The notes: generated by a model from the sequence alone, not told the origin. DNA of 64,000 bases from Acidobacteriaceae bacterium (GCA_025356095.1 JANXUR010000051.1:67730-131729); one strand, 5' to 3'. Shown: positions 1 to 10,143, counted from the stretch's first letter. Numbers and translations: made by a program.

Positions 1-580
1 CCGCGCCAACAATCACCAGCGACTTTGGCAGCGCGTTGAGGCTAAGAATCTCGATGTTGGTGAGGATGCGGGTGTCCGGTTCGAGGCCGGGGAGCATACG
101 GGCTTCCGAGCCGGTGGCCACGATGATGTTCTTGGCCTTGATGTAGGCGTTGTCGCCAGCCGCGCCGCCGCCGCCTTCGGTGAATACTTCCACGGTATGG
201 ATGCCGTCCTTGGCTCCGCCGGTGAGCCGACCGTAGCCTTGAATGACGTCCACTTTGTTTTTGCGCATCAGGAGCTGTAAGCCCTTGGCATGCTTGTTGA
301 CGATGTCTTGGCGGCGTTTTTGCACTGCGGGCCAATTGAGTGTGCGCGCCTCCACGCCCTCAATGCCAAACTCTTTGGCATCTTTCAGGTGATCCCAAAG
401 TTCGGCGTTAAACAACAGAGCTTTGGTGGGGATGCAGCCGACGTGCAGGCAAGTTCCGCCGAGCACATCTTCTTTTTCGATGAGGGCGGTCTTTAGTCCA
501 TATTGGCCGGCGCGGATGGCGGCAGTATAGCCCGCAGGGCCGCTGCCTACGATGGCAACGTCATAGATAGTCTCTGGCAA
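1..580 (-). CDS. lpdA: dihydrolipoyl dehydrogenase (E3 component), N-terminal part; the gene runs off the window start
   Basis: Not in the ORF track because it is partial. Reverse translation from TTG at 580 (GGGAGA 7 nt upstream) gives LPETIYDVAIVGSGPAGYTAAIRAGQYGLKTALIEKEDVLGGTCLHVGCIPTKALL... This contains the FAD-binding GxGxxG and the redox-active CxxxxC motif of dihydrolipoamide dehydrogenases. Confidence 0.85.
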   Translation of the reverse strand, partial: MPETIYDVAIVGSGPAGYTAAIRAGQYGLKTALIEKEDVLGGTCLHVGCIPTKALLFNAELWDHLKDAKEFGIEGVEARTLNWPAVQKRRQDIVNKHAKGLQLLMRKNKVDVIQGYGRLTGGAKDGIHTVEVFTEGGGGAAGDNAYIKAKNIIVATGSEARMLPGLEPDTRILTNIEILSLNALPKSLVIVGA

Positions 581-786
581 GGTGAATCTCCCAATAGAAA
601 GGATGCAAAAAGGCTTCCCCACGATTCTAGAACAGGGTGGGGGAGTTGTCAGTGTGGGGACGGTGGGGTGGAGGATTCGTGGGTGCGGCGACGCAACAAG
701 GGCAGCCGCGTGGGCTGCCCTTGCAGAGTTGGCGTCTTGGGTCTAGGAATCGCCCAAGGATGGTGCAAGGATGGTGCAAGGCTGGC

Positions 787-2580
787 CTAGGAACGGCCTC
801 CGGCGGCAGCGGAGCGGCGACTAGGCTCCGGTGAGGCAGCACCGCCGCTAGCTTTCGGGTTGGCACCCTGTTTGGCGTGTTTGGCGTGGGAGTGCGCATC
901 GGCGGACAGTTTGAACTGGCCGACAAGGTTTTCCAAATCCTGGGCCAGGGAGGAAAGCTCGTCGCAGGCATTGGCAGAGTTTTGCGCTCCGCGGGATGAG
1001 GTTTCTGCCAGTCGGGCGATGTCGGAGATGCTGTTGGAGACTTCCTCGGTGGCGGCGGACTGTTCGGTGGCGGCAGCGGCGATCTGGGTAATCTTGTCGC
1101 GCATCTCGTCGTTCATCCGGATGATCGAGCGAAGGGAATCGCCCGCGCGGCCGGTGGTCTGCACACCTTCTTCCACTTGTTTGGAGCCAGCCTCCATAGC
1201 GAGCACCACCTGCTGGGTCTCGGTCTGGATGCTGCGAATCTTATCTGCAATCTCCTTGGTGGCGTGGCTAGTGCGTTCGGCGAGCTTACGGACTTCGTCG
1301 GCGACGACGGCAAAACCGCGGCCTTGTTCGCCGGCTCGAGCTGCTTCAATGGCTGCGTTCAGAGCCAGCAGGTTGGTCTGGTCGGCGATGTCCTCGATGA
1401 CGCCGACGATTTCGCCAATCTGTTCCGAGCTGGCACCCAGTTCGCGAATCTTGCCAGCGGCCATGCTGACGGATTCAGAGATACGCTTCATTTCGGCGAC
1501 GGTGGCGGAGACAACCTGACCGCCAGACTGGGCTGCTTCGGTGGCGGAGGAGGCAGACTCGGCCGCTTGGCGCGTATTGTCAGAAATCTGCGCGACGGTT
1601 GAGGCCATCTCTTGCATCGCGGTGGCCACTTGCAGAGTGCGGTCGGTCTGGGTGGTGGCACCCTGAGCCTGCTCCGTGGTGTTGGTTTGCATTTGCTCGC
1701 CAGCTTCGGCGACCCGTTGCGCAGTCGCAGAAATTTCTTGCACTACGCCATGCAGATTGTTCTTCATGGTGTTGAGCGCGGCAAGCGCGTCGCCAATTTC
1801 ATCGTGGGAGGTGACTTCCAGATCGGGCACTGAAAGGTTGTTCGCTGCGATCTCGGCAGCCAGTTTGGCGGCGGCGGAGACGGGCTTGATGACGAACTTG
1901 CGCATGAAGAGCAGCACGACGCCGAGGGTCACGACGAGGCCGCCCAGGGCGCCCATTAGAATCACCCACGTGTTGGCCGAGGCTTTGCTATCAAGGGTGC
2001 CGGCTGGGGCGGAGACCACAAACGCGCCCTTCAGGTCGCCCACGTGCATGCCTTCTTTGGTGTAGCCAAAGTCGTCTTTGGAGCCAACCGGATCGCCATG
2101 GCAGACGAGGCAGTCTTCGGTAAGCCGTACTGGCTGTGCGTAGCGATACATTTCGCCATTTTTATGGGTGGCGCGCTCCCAGTATTCAGTGAGCTTTGTG
2201 TCCTTCTCGAATAACTCCAGAGCACGACGCTCAAAATCATCCGGGGCGTGGGCCGGATTGCGTGGGTGCAGCGACGGGGTGCTGAACTGCAGACCCTGAG
2301 ACTTGGCATATTCGTCGGTCACTTGCCAGGCAACCACCACGGGCACCTGCTTCAAGTCCTTGAAGTGGCCATCCGGCACGTACTGCTTCACGTTGGCGGA
2401 AAAATATGCACGAGTGTAGCTGGCCATGCCGTCCGTCTTGCGCAGTACGTCAATGTAGGCAGCTGTGGCTTGGTCGTTTACACGCTTCTGATTCACCAGA
2501 AACCCGATCAGCGAGGTAATCAGCAACGAAAGGCCAACAGCCAGACTGACCTTGGCGGTGAGTTTCAGGTTCTTGAACAT
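787..2580 (-). CDS. methyl-accepting chemotaxis protein with periplasmic c-type haem (CxxCH) sensor domain
   Basis: 597-aa ORF. It has an N-terminal TM helix, then a periplasmic region with CLVCHGD in a DUF3365/Tll0287-like context. A second TM helix, a HAMP region and the conserved MCP signalling hairpin [34 protein letters not shown] follow. Confidence 0.9.
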   Translation of the reverse strand: MFKNLKLTAKVSLAVGLSLLITSLIGFLVNQKRVNDQATAAYIDVLRKTDGMASYTRAYFSANVKQYVPDGHFKDLKQVPVVVAWQVTDEYAKSQGLQFSTPSLHPRNPAHAPDDFERRALELFEKDTKLTEYWERATHKNGEMYRYAQPVRLTEDCLVCHGDPVGSKDDFGYTKEGMHVGDLKGAFVVSAPAGTLDSKASANTWVILMGALGGLVVTLGVVLLFMRKFVIKPVSAAAKLAAEIAANNLSVPDLEVTSHDEIGDALAALNTMKNNLHGVVQEISATAQRVAEAGEQMQTNTTEQAQGATTQTDRTLQVATAMQEMASTVAQISDNTRQAAESASSATEAAQSGGQVVSATVAEMKRISESVSMAAGKIRELGASSEQIGEIVGVIEDIADQTNLLALNAAIEAARAGEQGRGFAVVADEVRKLAERTSHATKEIADKIRSIQTETQQVVLAMEAGSKQVEEGVQTTGRAGDSLRSIIRMNDEMRDKITQIAAAATEQSAATEEVSNSISDIARLAETSSRGAQNSANACDELSSLAQDLENLVGQFKLSADAHSHAKHAKQGANPKASGGAASPEPSRRSAAAGGRS

Positions 2581-2706
2581 GCAATGCCTCCGAGCGCACG
2601 GCGTCCGCTTGGGGCGACGCCTCGATTGTGCTATCGGCAGAGAAGGGGAGGGTTTGAGGTGAGTCAGTCCGCAGGGGAGTAACGAATGGGCGGAGGTAAG
2701 GCGTCT

Positions 2707-3342
2707 TCAGCCCCGAATCACAGGCAGATGGGGCGCGGCAGTCGAGGAGACTTCACCAGTCAGCCGGGGATCATCGGACACTTCGATGGCGCGCTTGTAA
2801 GGTAGAAATCCTGACTTAAGGTAAAAGCTGATTGCTGCCGGGGAGTCAATCGTGCAGGTATGCAGCCACACCCTTGCCGGGCGATGGGCCCACGCCGCGC
2901 GGAGCGCCTCAGCCATCAGGTAGCGGCCTGCGCCTTGGCCGATCATGTCAGAAGCCAGACCAAAGCTGGCAATTTCAATGTCGCCGGTATCAGCGAACTG
3001 CCGGAGGTCAAGTTCGAGTAAACCGTTGTCAGGTCCATTTTGGGGCGAGGCATTTTGGGGCGAGGCATTTCGGGATAAGGCATAGATCTCGATCTTCGGG
3101 TCAAGCAGTATGGCCGAGAGTTCGGCGTCGTTCATTCGTAGGCGGCTGAACCACAACCAATTTTCGCCGACTGAACGGTAAAGCTGGCGGTACCACCCCA
3201 GGTCCGGTAGGGCGACCCTGCGGAACGACAGTCCGGCGGGGGGACTTGGCGCGGCTAGTGCGGGCGCGGTTCGCATCTCCAGATAAGTGACCACGGAGGC
3301 GATCTTGCCGGGTGCGAGTTCTGTGTAGCCGTCAGGAATCAT
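2707..3342 (-). CDS. GNAT-family N-acetyltransferase
   Basis: 211-aa ORF with a GNAT-like acetyl-CoA binding core (MIGQGAGRYLMAEALRAAW ... ISFYLKSGF). It contains an in-frame NASPQ tandem repeat. Confidence 0.7.
   Translation of the reverse strand: MIPDGYTELAPGKIASVVTYLEMRTAPALAAPSPPAGLSFRRVALPDLGWYRQLYRSVGENWLWFSRLRMNDAELSAILLDPKIEIYALSRNASPQNASPQNGPDNGLLELDLRQFADTGDIEIASFGLASDMIGQGAGRYLMAEALRAAWAHRPARVWLHTCTIDSPAAISFYLKSGFLPYKRAIEVSDDPRLTGEVSSTAAPHLPVIRG
3036..3080. repeat. 3 tandem copies of a 15-nt unit (cattttggggcgagg x2 perfect, third copy degenerate) inside the GNAT gene
   Basis: Read directly. Copies lie at 3036-3050, 3051-3065 and 3066-3080. On the minus strand they encode ...RNASPQNASPQNGP... 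Confidence 0.9.
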
Positions 3343-3366
3343 GGTGGCTTGGAAAATGAAAAAGTT

Positions 3367-4350
3367 CTAACCCAGCAGCCGCGCCGCATCCTTGGCAAAG
3401 TAGGTCAGGATGATGCTGGCTCCGGCACGCTGAATGGCGATGAGAGATTCCATCATCACGCGTTCGCGGTCAATCCAACCATTTTGTGCGGCGGCCTGAA
3501 TCATGGCGTATTCGCCGGAGACCTGATAGGCCGAAAGAGGCACGTCAAAGCGACGGCGAGCTTCCGCAATTACGTCGAGATAGGCGAGCGCGGGCTTCAC
3601 CATGATCATGTCGGCACCCTCGGCAAGATCCAGTTCGATCTCGCGCATGGCTTCGCGCAAGTTGGGCGGATCCATTTGGTAGGAGCGGCGGTCGCCGAAG
3701 GCGGGGGCCGAATCTGCTGCTTCGCGGAATGGGCCGTAAAAGCCCGAGGCGAACTTGGCGGCGTAGGAAAGGATGGGAGTGTCAGAGAAGCCGCTGCCAT
3801 CGAGCGCGGCGCGAATGGCGGCGACGCGGCCATCCATCATGTCAGAAGGCGCGATAATGTCAATGCCAGCGCGAGCTTGGGACACCGCGGTCTTGGCCAA
3901 GATGGCGAGCGAGGGGTCGTTCTGAATCTCGTAGTCGTCCCCAGACTTCACGATGATGCCGCAGTGGCCGTGCGACATGTACTCGCAGAGGCAGACGTCG
4001 CCCATGATGAGCAGGTTGGGCACGGCTAGCTTGATGGCGCGGGCGGCGCGCTGCACGATGCCGTCGTCGGCCCAAGCGCCGGTGGCGGCTTCATCCTTGG
4101 CCTCGGGAAGACCGAACAGGATGATGCCGCCGATACCCAGCGCGGCGACCTCGCAGCATTCCTTGACGGCTTCGTCCACTGAAAGGTTAAAGACGCCGGG
4201 CATGGAGCCAATGGGCTTGCGGATGCCTTCGCCGGGACAAATAAATAGCGGGTAGATAAAGCCAGCGGGTGACAGGCGGGTCTCGCGCACCAGAGAGCGG
4301 AGCGATTCAGTGCGGCGCAGCCGCCGCATACGCGTGATTGGAAAGGCCAT
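3367..4350 (-). CDS. hemB: porphobilinogen synthase (delta-aminolevulinate dehydratase)
   Basis: 327-aa ORF that begins [37 protein letters not shown]. It has the Cys-rich metal site [14 protein letters not shown] and the active-site region YQVSGEYAM, a full-length HemB pattern. Confidence 0.93.
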   Translation of the reverse strand: MAFPITRMRRLRRTESLRSLVRETRLSPAGFIYPLFICPGEGIRKPIGSMPGVFNLSVDEAVKECCEVAALGIGGIILFGLPEAKDEAATGAWADDGIVQRAARAIKLAVPNLLIMGDVCLCEYMSHGHCGIIVKSGDDYEIQNDPSLAILAKTAVSQARAGIDIIAPSDMMDGRVAAIRAALDGSGFSDTPILSYAAKFASGFYGPFREAADSAPAFGDRRSYQMDPPNLREAMREIELDLAEGADMIMVKPALAYLDVIAEARRRFDVPLSAYQVSGEYAMIQAAAQNGWIDRERVMMESLIAIQRAGASIILTYFAKDAARLLG

Positions 4351-4476
4351 GGGCGAATTCTAGCAAAGGTGGGAGGCGGACTGCGGTGCGGACGTTTGCG
4401 TCGGCTTCGCGCTGGCATCCGAGGCAGGTGCGGAAAGTGCTTGGGAGATTGGCGTGGCGGCACTACAATCGAGGCG

Positions 4477-6231
4477 ATGCGAATGACCGCACGCAACTGG
4501 GCAGTGCTCTCTGGCCTGCTGGTGTTCAGCAGTCTGGTGGTGGTGGTGGTCGCCGCCCCCGGCAGCTATCTGCGGATGTTTGCCGGCGACGTACCTTTTC
4601 TGGTCGTGTGCATGATCAACACTGCGATTTTCGCGGCCAACGCGTGGAACAGCCGCGGTCAAATCAGCCTGTTCTGGGCACTGCTTTCGCTGGGCTGCCT
4701 GCTGTGGGCCGTGAGCGCCGGAGCATGGGTTTATTACGAAGTTTTGATCCGAAAGCCCATGCCTGAAGTGGACTCGTTGGATGTGGTGTTGTTTCTGCAC
4801 ATGGTTCCTTTCATGGGAGCGGTGGCATTGCGGCCGCATTGGCGGGTGGCGGGTTACGTCTTCTGGTTGCGACTGATTGGCGTCCTCCTCTTGCTGGTTT
4901 TTTGGGTCTACGTATACGCGGTGGTGGTGCTGCCTTCAGAGTTCATCGTCCACGAGAGCGGCATCGCTTCCGGGCGGTACGACCTGCTGTACGCGGTAGA
5001 AACCGGGGCGGTCGCTGTTCTCCTGCTGTGGTCTACATGGCGAACCCGGGGGGAATGGCGCACGGTTTATGGTCATCTGGCGGGGATGAGCGCGGTCTAC
5101 TTTGTAGCCGCCACGTTCACGAATTTCGCGATCTCCGGCAAGTATTATTTTTCTGGCGGATTCGGGGATTGCGTCCTGCTCGGTTGCCAGTGTTGGCTGG
5201 GGTGGGTTGCGCTGGAGGCGCGGGAGCACCCTGTGCCCGAAGAGAACACCTCGCGCGACACACGCCGATCGGATGTGATCTCGTCGCGTTTGGCAGCGGT
5301 GGCGTTGCTCACCGTGCCGGTGGTGGGGGCGTGGACACTCTTCTGGGATCCCTCGCTGCCGAGCCTGCGCTTCTTCCGGTTGGCTGCCACGCTGCTCACC
5401 ATGACGGTAATGGGTGTGATTGTCTCGATCCGACAACACCTGCAGGAGCGCGGCATGATGCGACTGCTGAAAATATCGGAAGAAAGCTTGCAGCGTCTGC
5501 GCAACTTGCAAAGCGAGCTGCTGCAAAAGGAGCGTCTGGCATCGGTGGGCCTACTGGCGGCGGGTGCCGCGCATGAAATTAACAACCCCATTACGGCCAT
5601 CATGGGCTACTCCGAATTACTGGGAGATCGCGACGACTTGAATCCCGAGGCGCGCGCGTGGGTAATTAAGATTCGCGCCCAAGCCGTGCGAACCAGCGAA
5701 TTGGTGGCGCGATTGTTGCGTTTTGCCCGGCAGTCGCACGCAGAAAAAGGCCCGGTGGATTTAGCCCAGATGCTGGAGGAGATTGTGCCATTCTTCGAGT
5801 TGCAGGCTGGGCCAAGACATGACCGTTTGCTGCTGCAAATCGGTCCGAACTTGCCGCCGGTGTATGGCTCCCGGCCTCAGTTGCAGCAATCAATTGTGAG
5901 CATTGTGCAGAATGCTTTTGACGCTATGGAAGGGATGCGTGGAAAGCTAAGCATTGTTGCGACCAATGAAGGCAGGGTGATCCGGCTGGAGTTTCGCGAC
6001 GAAGGTCCAGGCTTGGCGGAGCCCGAACGCGTCTTCGACCCGTTCTACACCACTAAGCCAGTCGGCAAGGGAACGGGCCTTGGACTGAGCGCGGCCTACG
6101 GAGTGATTCAGGAGCACGGCGGCCAGATTACTGCCGAAAACCGCGCAGGTGGGGGAGCGGTGATTGCGGTGATGCTGCCAGCGGCGGTAACGCCTGCCCA
6201 GTTTGATGATTTGCGCATTCCGCCAGGGTAG
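4477..6231 (+). CDS. membrane-bound sensor histidine kinase
   Basis: In frame with track ORF 4369..6231. I prefer ATG 4477 (MRMTARNWAVLSGLLVF...), where the hydrophobic N-terminus begins. There are several predicted TM helices, then the H-box AAGAAHEINNPITAIMGYSELL and the HATPase_c G-boxes (DEGPGL, GTGLGLS). Confidence 0.88.
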   Translation: MRMTARNWAVLSGLLVFSSLVVVVVAAPGSYLRMFAGDVPFLVVCMINTAIFAANAWNSRGQISLFWALLSLGCLLWAVSAGAWVYYEVLIRKPMPEVDSLDVVLFLHMVPFMGAVALRPHWRVAGYVFWLRLIGVLLLLVFWVYVYAVVVLPSEFIVHESGIASGRYDLLYAVETGAVAVLLLWSTWRTRGEWRTVYGHLAGMSAVYFVAATFTNFAISGKYYFSGGFGDCVLLGCQCWLGWVALEAREHPVPEENTSRDTRRSDVISSRLAAVALLTVPVVGAWTLFWDPSLPSLRFFRLAATLLTMTVMGVIVSIRQHLQERGMMRLLKISEESLQRLRNLQSELLQKERLASVGLLAAGAAHEINNPITAIMGYSELLGDRDDLNPEARAWVIKIRAQAVRTSELVARLLRFARQSHAEKGPVDLAQMLEEIVPFFELQAGPRHDRLLLQIGPNLPPVYGSRPQLQQSIVSIVQNAFDAMEGMRGKLSIVATNEGRVIRLEFRDEGPGLAEPERVFDPFYTTKPVGKGTGLGLSAAYGVIQEHGGQITAENRAGGGAVIAVMLPAAVTPAQFDDLRIPPG

Positions 6232-6254
6232 AGGCGCGGCGACGGCGTTCGCCG

Positions 6255-8960
6255 TTGTACGATCAAGCTGTGAGCACTTCAATCTCTCCGCATCCCATTT
6301 TCGACAAGAGCGATAGCAGCACGCGCGTGCTGGAATATGGCGCGCTGCGCGAACTGCTGCGCGGGTACGTCAGTTCGCCGTTGGGTGGCGCTCGACTGGC
6401 GGCGCTCGCACCATCGCTGGACCGCGCGTGGATTGTGGCGCAACACGCGCTGACAGCGGAGATTCGTGCTTATCGCCGGGCCGGTGGCCGATTTGAATTC
6501 GCCGGGCTGATTGACCCCCAGCAACTGGCGCTGAAGGCGCGCATTGCTGGTTCCGTGCTGGAGCCAACCGAGATTCGCGACCTGCTGCAAGTGCTGGAGC
6601 GTGCGGCCGAGTGGCGCGACAACAGCTTGAACCCGCCAGTAAACTTGCGGGGCGAATGGCGCGCTGTGCCTGAGCTTTCTGCTGGCATTGTGGACTTCAA
6701 TCCGGTGTTGCGATTTTTCCGCGGCAAGATTCTGCCCGACGGCTCGCTCGATGACAAGGCCTCGCCCGAACTGGGGCGCATCCGCCGCGAGATTGATAAG
6801 CAGCGCCGCGTGATTGAGGCGTCGCTACGCGCGAACCTGCGTAAGCTGTCAGACGATGGCGTGGCGCAGGATGAGCTGATTACCATTCGCGGCGACCGCT
6901 TTGTGATTCCCGTGAAGGTGGAGCAGAGGCGGCGAGTGCCCGGCGTGGTGCATGGCGCAAGTTCGAGTGGTCAGACGGTCTTCGTTGAGCCGATGGAAAC
7001 AATTGAGCAGAACAACGAACTCGTCCGCCTGTTCGATGAAGAGCAAGGGGAGATTCATCGCATTCTGCTGGAAATGACGCGGCAGCTGGGGACACACGCG
7101 GAGGAGATTCTGCGGGCGCGAGACGTGCTGGCCGAACTTGAATTGCAAACCGTGAAGGCACGCTTTGCCGAAGACTACGACTGCGTGATGCCGGTGATGC
7201 TGGAAGATCGTTCGATCGCCGAGGAGGACGCTGCCGCTTTGCAGACTGGCGAAGCACGGGTGCAGTTGCGGCTGGCGCTGGCGCGGCATCCGCTGCTGGA
7301 GCGGAATTTGCGGGCGAAGGGTGGCAGCGTCGTTCCCCTCAGTTTGGAGCTACTGCACGAAGCTGGCAAACCAGTGCAGCGGCAGTTGGTCATCTCTGGT
7401 CCAAACACAGGTGGCAAGACGGTGGGCCTGAAGACGCTTGGCCTGCTCGCGCTCATGGCGCAGTCGGGCATTCCCGTCCCTGCTGATCGCGCCGACTTGC
7501 CGATATTCGACGCGGTGCATGCCGACATCGGCGACTACCAATCCATTGAGCAAAACCTTTCGACGTTTTCGGCCCATGTTACGAACATCAATTACATTTC
7601 GCGCGTCGCGACCGCACAATCGCTGGTGCTGCTGGATGAATTAGGCTCAGCGACCGATCCGGAAGAAGGCTCGGCGTTGGCGGTGGCCATTGCAGACCAC
7701 TTTCGCCGCATCGGTGCGATGAGCGTGATTTCCACTCACCACACGTCGCTCAAGGTGTATGCGGAGAACACGCCGGGAGTGGTGAACGCTGCAGTTGGGT
7801 TTGACGAAGCTACGTTACAGCCGACCTACGAGTTGCGGATCGGCGTGCCGGGCGCGTCGGCGGGTGTGAACATTGCACAGCGGCTGGGGCTGAATCCGGA
7901 GATTATTGCGGCATCGCGGGCGCGGCTCAGTACGCAGACCCAGGACGTTGCCAAGTTCCTTGAGCGACTGCACACCACGCTGCGCGAACTGGAGATGGAA
8001 CGCGGACGCATGTCGGCCCGCGAGGTCGAATTGGAGCGCGAGAAGACCGCGTTGGCGAACGAAGGTCGCCGCGAGTTACAGGCTAAGACACGAGAAATGG
8101 AAAAGAAGCTCGATAGCTTACTGCGCGACTTTGAATACCACGCGCGGGAGGCAGTGAGCGCAGTGCAGGAGCGCGCCGCTGCGCAAAAGCTGAGCAAAGA
8201 CGCAGAGCGGCGAGTGGCCAAACTGCGGCGTGAATTCCGTGAGCAGTTTGACCAGACCGTGGTGGCGCATACCACCGGTGCGGACGTGGGAGACCCCAAC
8301 GCACAACCGCAAATTGTGAAACACGTGAGCGAAGGCGACGTAGTGAAGCTGAAATCCACCGGGCAGGCTGCGGTGGTGAAGCGCATGGCGGATGCCGACA
8401 CGTTTGAGGTGGAAATGGGCGCGATGAAGATGCGGATGAAGATTCGCCGCGATGACATTGCGCAAGTGCTGAGTGGGGCGGGGACCGGGCCGAGGACCGG
8501 GCCGAGGCTTACGCTGACTCCGGTGGAGGCAGCGCGCGCGCGCGGCATCAGCGTACAGTTGGCGACCGAGGAAGAACGCGACGGTGGAAGCCAGATGGGC
8601 AGCGAAAAAAGACCGGGCGCAAGCGGAGCGACGAGCGCAAGAAGCGCGACGACGAAAATGACTGCGGGCACGCCGCACGCCGTCCCCGGCGCCAGTTTGC
8701 GCAGTGGCCCGCCGCTGCCCGGTGAGCTGAACGTGATTGGACGGACCGTGGACGAAGCCACCAGCGAACTGGAGCGCTATCTGGACCGGGCTTTTTTGGC
8801 CGGGCTGCCCAGAGTGCGAGTGATCCACGGACACGGCATGGGTGTGCTGCGCCGCGCTCTGCGGGAGTTTCTGCGATCCCATCCCCACGTAGAAAAGATT
8901 GCGGAAGCCCCGCAAAACGAAGGCGGCGCCGGCGCCACGCTGGTGGAGTTAAGGGGCTAG
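6255..8960 (+). CDS. mutS2: endonuclease MutS2 (MutS-family ATPase with C-terminal Smr domain)
   Basis: 901-aa ORF with Walker A GPNTGGKT, LLDELGSATDPEEG, a long coiled-coil region and a C-terminal Smr domain (LNVIGRTVDEA...VRVIHGHGMGVLRRALREFL). The start (TTG 6255) is uncertain. Confidence 0.92.
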   Translation: MYDQAVSTSISPHPIFDKSDSSTRVLEYGALRELLRGYVSSPLGGARLAALAPSLDRAWIVAQHALTAEIRAYRRAGGRFEFAGLIDPQQLALKARIAGSVLEPTEIRDLLQVLERAAEWRDNSLNPPVNLRGEWRAVPELSAGIVDFNPVLRFFRGKILPDGSLDDKASPELGRIRREIDKQRRVIEASLRANLRKLSDDGVAQDELITIRGDRFVIPVKVEQRRRVPGVVHGASSSGQTVFVEPMETIEQNNELVRLFDEEQGEIHRILLEMTRQLGTHAEEILRARDVLAELELQTVKARFAEDYDCVMPVMLEDRSIAEEDAAALQTGEARVQLRLALARHPLLERNLRAKGGSVVPLSLELLHEAGKPVQRQLVISGPNTGGKTVGLKTLGLLALMAQSGIPVPADRADLPIFDAVHADIGDYQSIEQNLSTFSAHVTNINYISRVATAQSLVLLDELGSATDPEEGSALAVAIADHFRRIGAMSVISTHHTSLKVYAENTPGVVNAAVGFDEATLQPTYELRIGVPGASAGVNIAQRLGLNPEIIAASRARLSTQTQDVAKFLERLHTTLRELEMERGRMSAREVELEREKTALANEGRRELQAKTREMEKKLDSLLRDFEYHAREAVSAVQERAAAQKLSKDAERRVAKLRREFREQFDQTVVAHTTGADVGDPNAQPQIVKHVSEGDVVKLKSTGQAAVVKRMADADTFEVEMGAMKMRMKIRRDDIAQVLSGAGTGPRTGPRLTLTPVEAARARGISVQLATEEERDGGSQMGSEKRPGASGATSARSATTKMTAGTPHAVPGASLRSGPPLPGELNVIGRTVDEATSELERYLDRAFLAGLPRVRVIHGHGMGVLRRALREFLRSHPHVEKIAEAPQNEGGAGATLVELRG

Positions 8961-8988
8961 GGGGGATTGATTCTCGAAACTCGGTGTC

Positions 8989-9159
8989 CTAGCCTTCAAG
9001 AAATCTGGGGAATAGGCGGCGCGGCCCTAATATCAGAGTATCAATTCCAGCCTGCGCGTTGAGTACCTCAGTGAGCTTTGAACATTCTAGCGAAGTGATC
9101 CTCTCGAGTTGCCAGACTTCCAAGTCGCTCTGTCTTGTATAAATCCCGAACTCGTGCAT
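8989..9159 (-). CDS. hypothetical small protein (56 aa), divergent from the XRE-HNH pair
   Basis: Shorter version of track ORF 8989..9225. The internal ATG at 9159 has a GGAGG box 5-6 nt upstream (9166-9170 on the plus strand as cctcc). Product: MHEFGIYTRQSDLEVWQLERITSLECSKLTEVLNAQAGIDTLILGPRRLFPRFLEG. I recognise no domain. Confidence 0.4.
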   Translation of the reverse strand: MHEFGIYTRQSDLEVWQLERITSLECSKLTEVLNAQAGIDTLILGPRRLFPRFLEG

Positions 9160-9195
9160 GTGAACCTCCGCGAGTAGCTGTGCCGCAGCAGACAC

Positions 9196-9212
9196 TGTTC
9201 TAGTATAGAACA
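9196..9212. promoter_or_regulatory. perfect 7-3-7 inverted repeat TGTTCTA-GTA-TAGAACA, candidate operator
   Basis: Read directly. It lies between the divergent 56-aa ORF and the XRE gene. A second palindrome, GGGAAGG-TAC-CCTTCCC, lies at 9226-9242, immediately before the XRE start. Confidence 0.6.
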
Positions 9213-9244
9213 CTCCGACGTGCACGGGAAGGTACCCTTCCCCT

Positions 9245-9493
9245 GTGAATAGAAAGCCTCAGCGAAAAAATATTATCGGCAGGCGCGTGGCTGAGGCGCG
9301 TCAAGCGTGCAAGCCGCCGCTAACGCAGGATGCACTCTCCGGGCGCCTCGCCCGTATTGGGATTCAGCTTGATCGAGCTGCAATCGCTAAGATTGAGAAC
9401 GACCTTCGTCACGTTCTCGACTTCGAGCTCAAAGCCCTTGCGACCGCTCTGGCGGTTAGCGTTAACTGGCTGCTTGGGGAGCCGAGAAAGTGA
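9245..9493 (+). CDS. XRE-family helix-turn-helix transcriptional regulator
   Basis: 82-aa ORF. The pattern IGRRVAEARQACKPPLTQDALSGRLARIGIQLDRAAIAKIENDLRHVLDFELKALATALAVSVNWLL is a typical HTH_XRE. Its stop overlaps the next start (GTGA). Confidence 0.8.
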   Translation: MNRKPQRKNIIGRRVAEARQACKPPLTQDALSGRLARIGIQLDRAAIAKIENDLRHVLDFELKALATALAVSVNWLLGEPRK

Positions 9494-10143
9494 CCGACCC
9501 TATCGCCAAGTTGCGGACTCCCACGCAGCGAGCAAAGTCGGATGTTGCGAATAAGCTTGTGAGCATGTTTTTGCACGAGTTGAGCAGAAAGGTACGACAG
9601 ACTTGGCCACTGAAGATCGAGAGTGACGAGTACGCGCAATTTGTGAGGAGCACTTTCGGGGATTATTGTCCCTATTGCAGGTGCGACCTGACAATCGCGG
9701 AAACCGTGGTCGAACATCTGGACGGGTTGAATCGCTATCGAGTCGGTTTGCATGTTCCAGGAAATGTGCTGGTCGCGTGCAAGAAATGCAACAACGAGAA
9801 GCGGCGGGACGACTCACGCAAGACATTGACGCTCGCCGAGTCGGGCTGGGGGTCCTTTCTTTCACATGACGGAAGCCGGTGCGAAGCGGGCTGCAAGACC
9901 TGCAAGTATTGGGCTACTATTTGGCCAGAGGCGGCGGATCGGACGTCACGAATGAGGGAGAACGTCGCACGCATTCTCCAGTTTCGCGGTAGGTTTGCGG
10001 AATTTCGGGCCGTTCACTCGTCAGTTCTAGATGCCTTACCAGCTTGGTCCGTCAAGTTGTACACAGACTGCCAACAGTTTGCTCAAGGCGAGATCGGAAT
10101 ACTGCTCAATAAAATCGAAAAGGCGTCAGGGCAAGAAAAGTAG
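9490..10143 (+). CDS. HNH endonuclease-domain protein
   Basis: 217-aa ORF with an HNH/zinc-finger core, CPYCRCDL...VEHLDGLNRYRVGLHVPGNVLVACKKCNNEKRRDD. The C-terminal ~100 aa are unassigned and carry a second Cys cluster (CEAGCKTCKYW). Confidence 0.8.
   Translation: MTDPIAKLRTPTQRAKSDVANKLVSMFLHELSRKVRQTWPLKIESDEYAQFVRSTFGDYCPYCRCDLTIAETVVEHLDGLNRYRVGLHVPGNVLVACKKCNNEKRRDDSRKTLTLAESGWGSFLSHDGSRCEAGCKTCKYWATIWPEAADRTSRMRENVARILQFRGRFAEFRAVHSSVLDALPAWSVKLYTDCQQFAQGEIGILLNKIEKASGQEK

Noticed and set aside
42-971. Several 65-114-aa ORFs at the window start (42..335-, 290..496+, 503..790+, 627..971-)
   Set aside because: They overlap lpdA (another frame or antisense), the lpdA-MCP gap or the MCP 3' end. 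All have junk composition.
7826-8915. 311-aa and 265-aa minus-strand ORFs
   Set aside because: They are antisense to mutS2 and have Ser/Arg/Ala-rich low complexity.
8989-9225. Full 78-aa version of the ORF divergent from the XRE gene
   Set aside because: Its first 22 codons would cover the palindromic operator and leave only 19 nt to the XRE start. The internal ATG at 9159 has a proper GGAGG box, so the 56-aa version is preferred.
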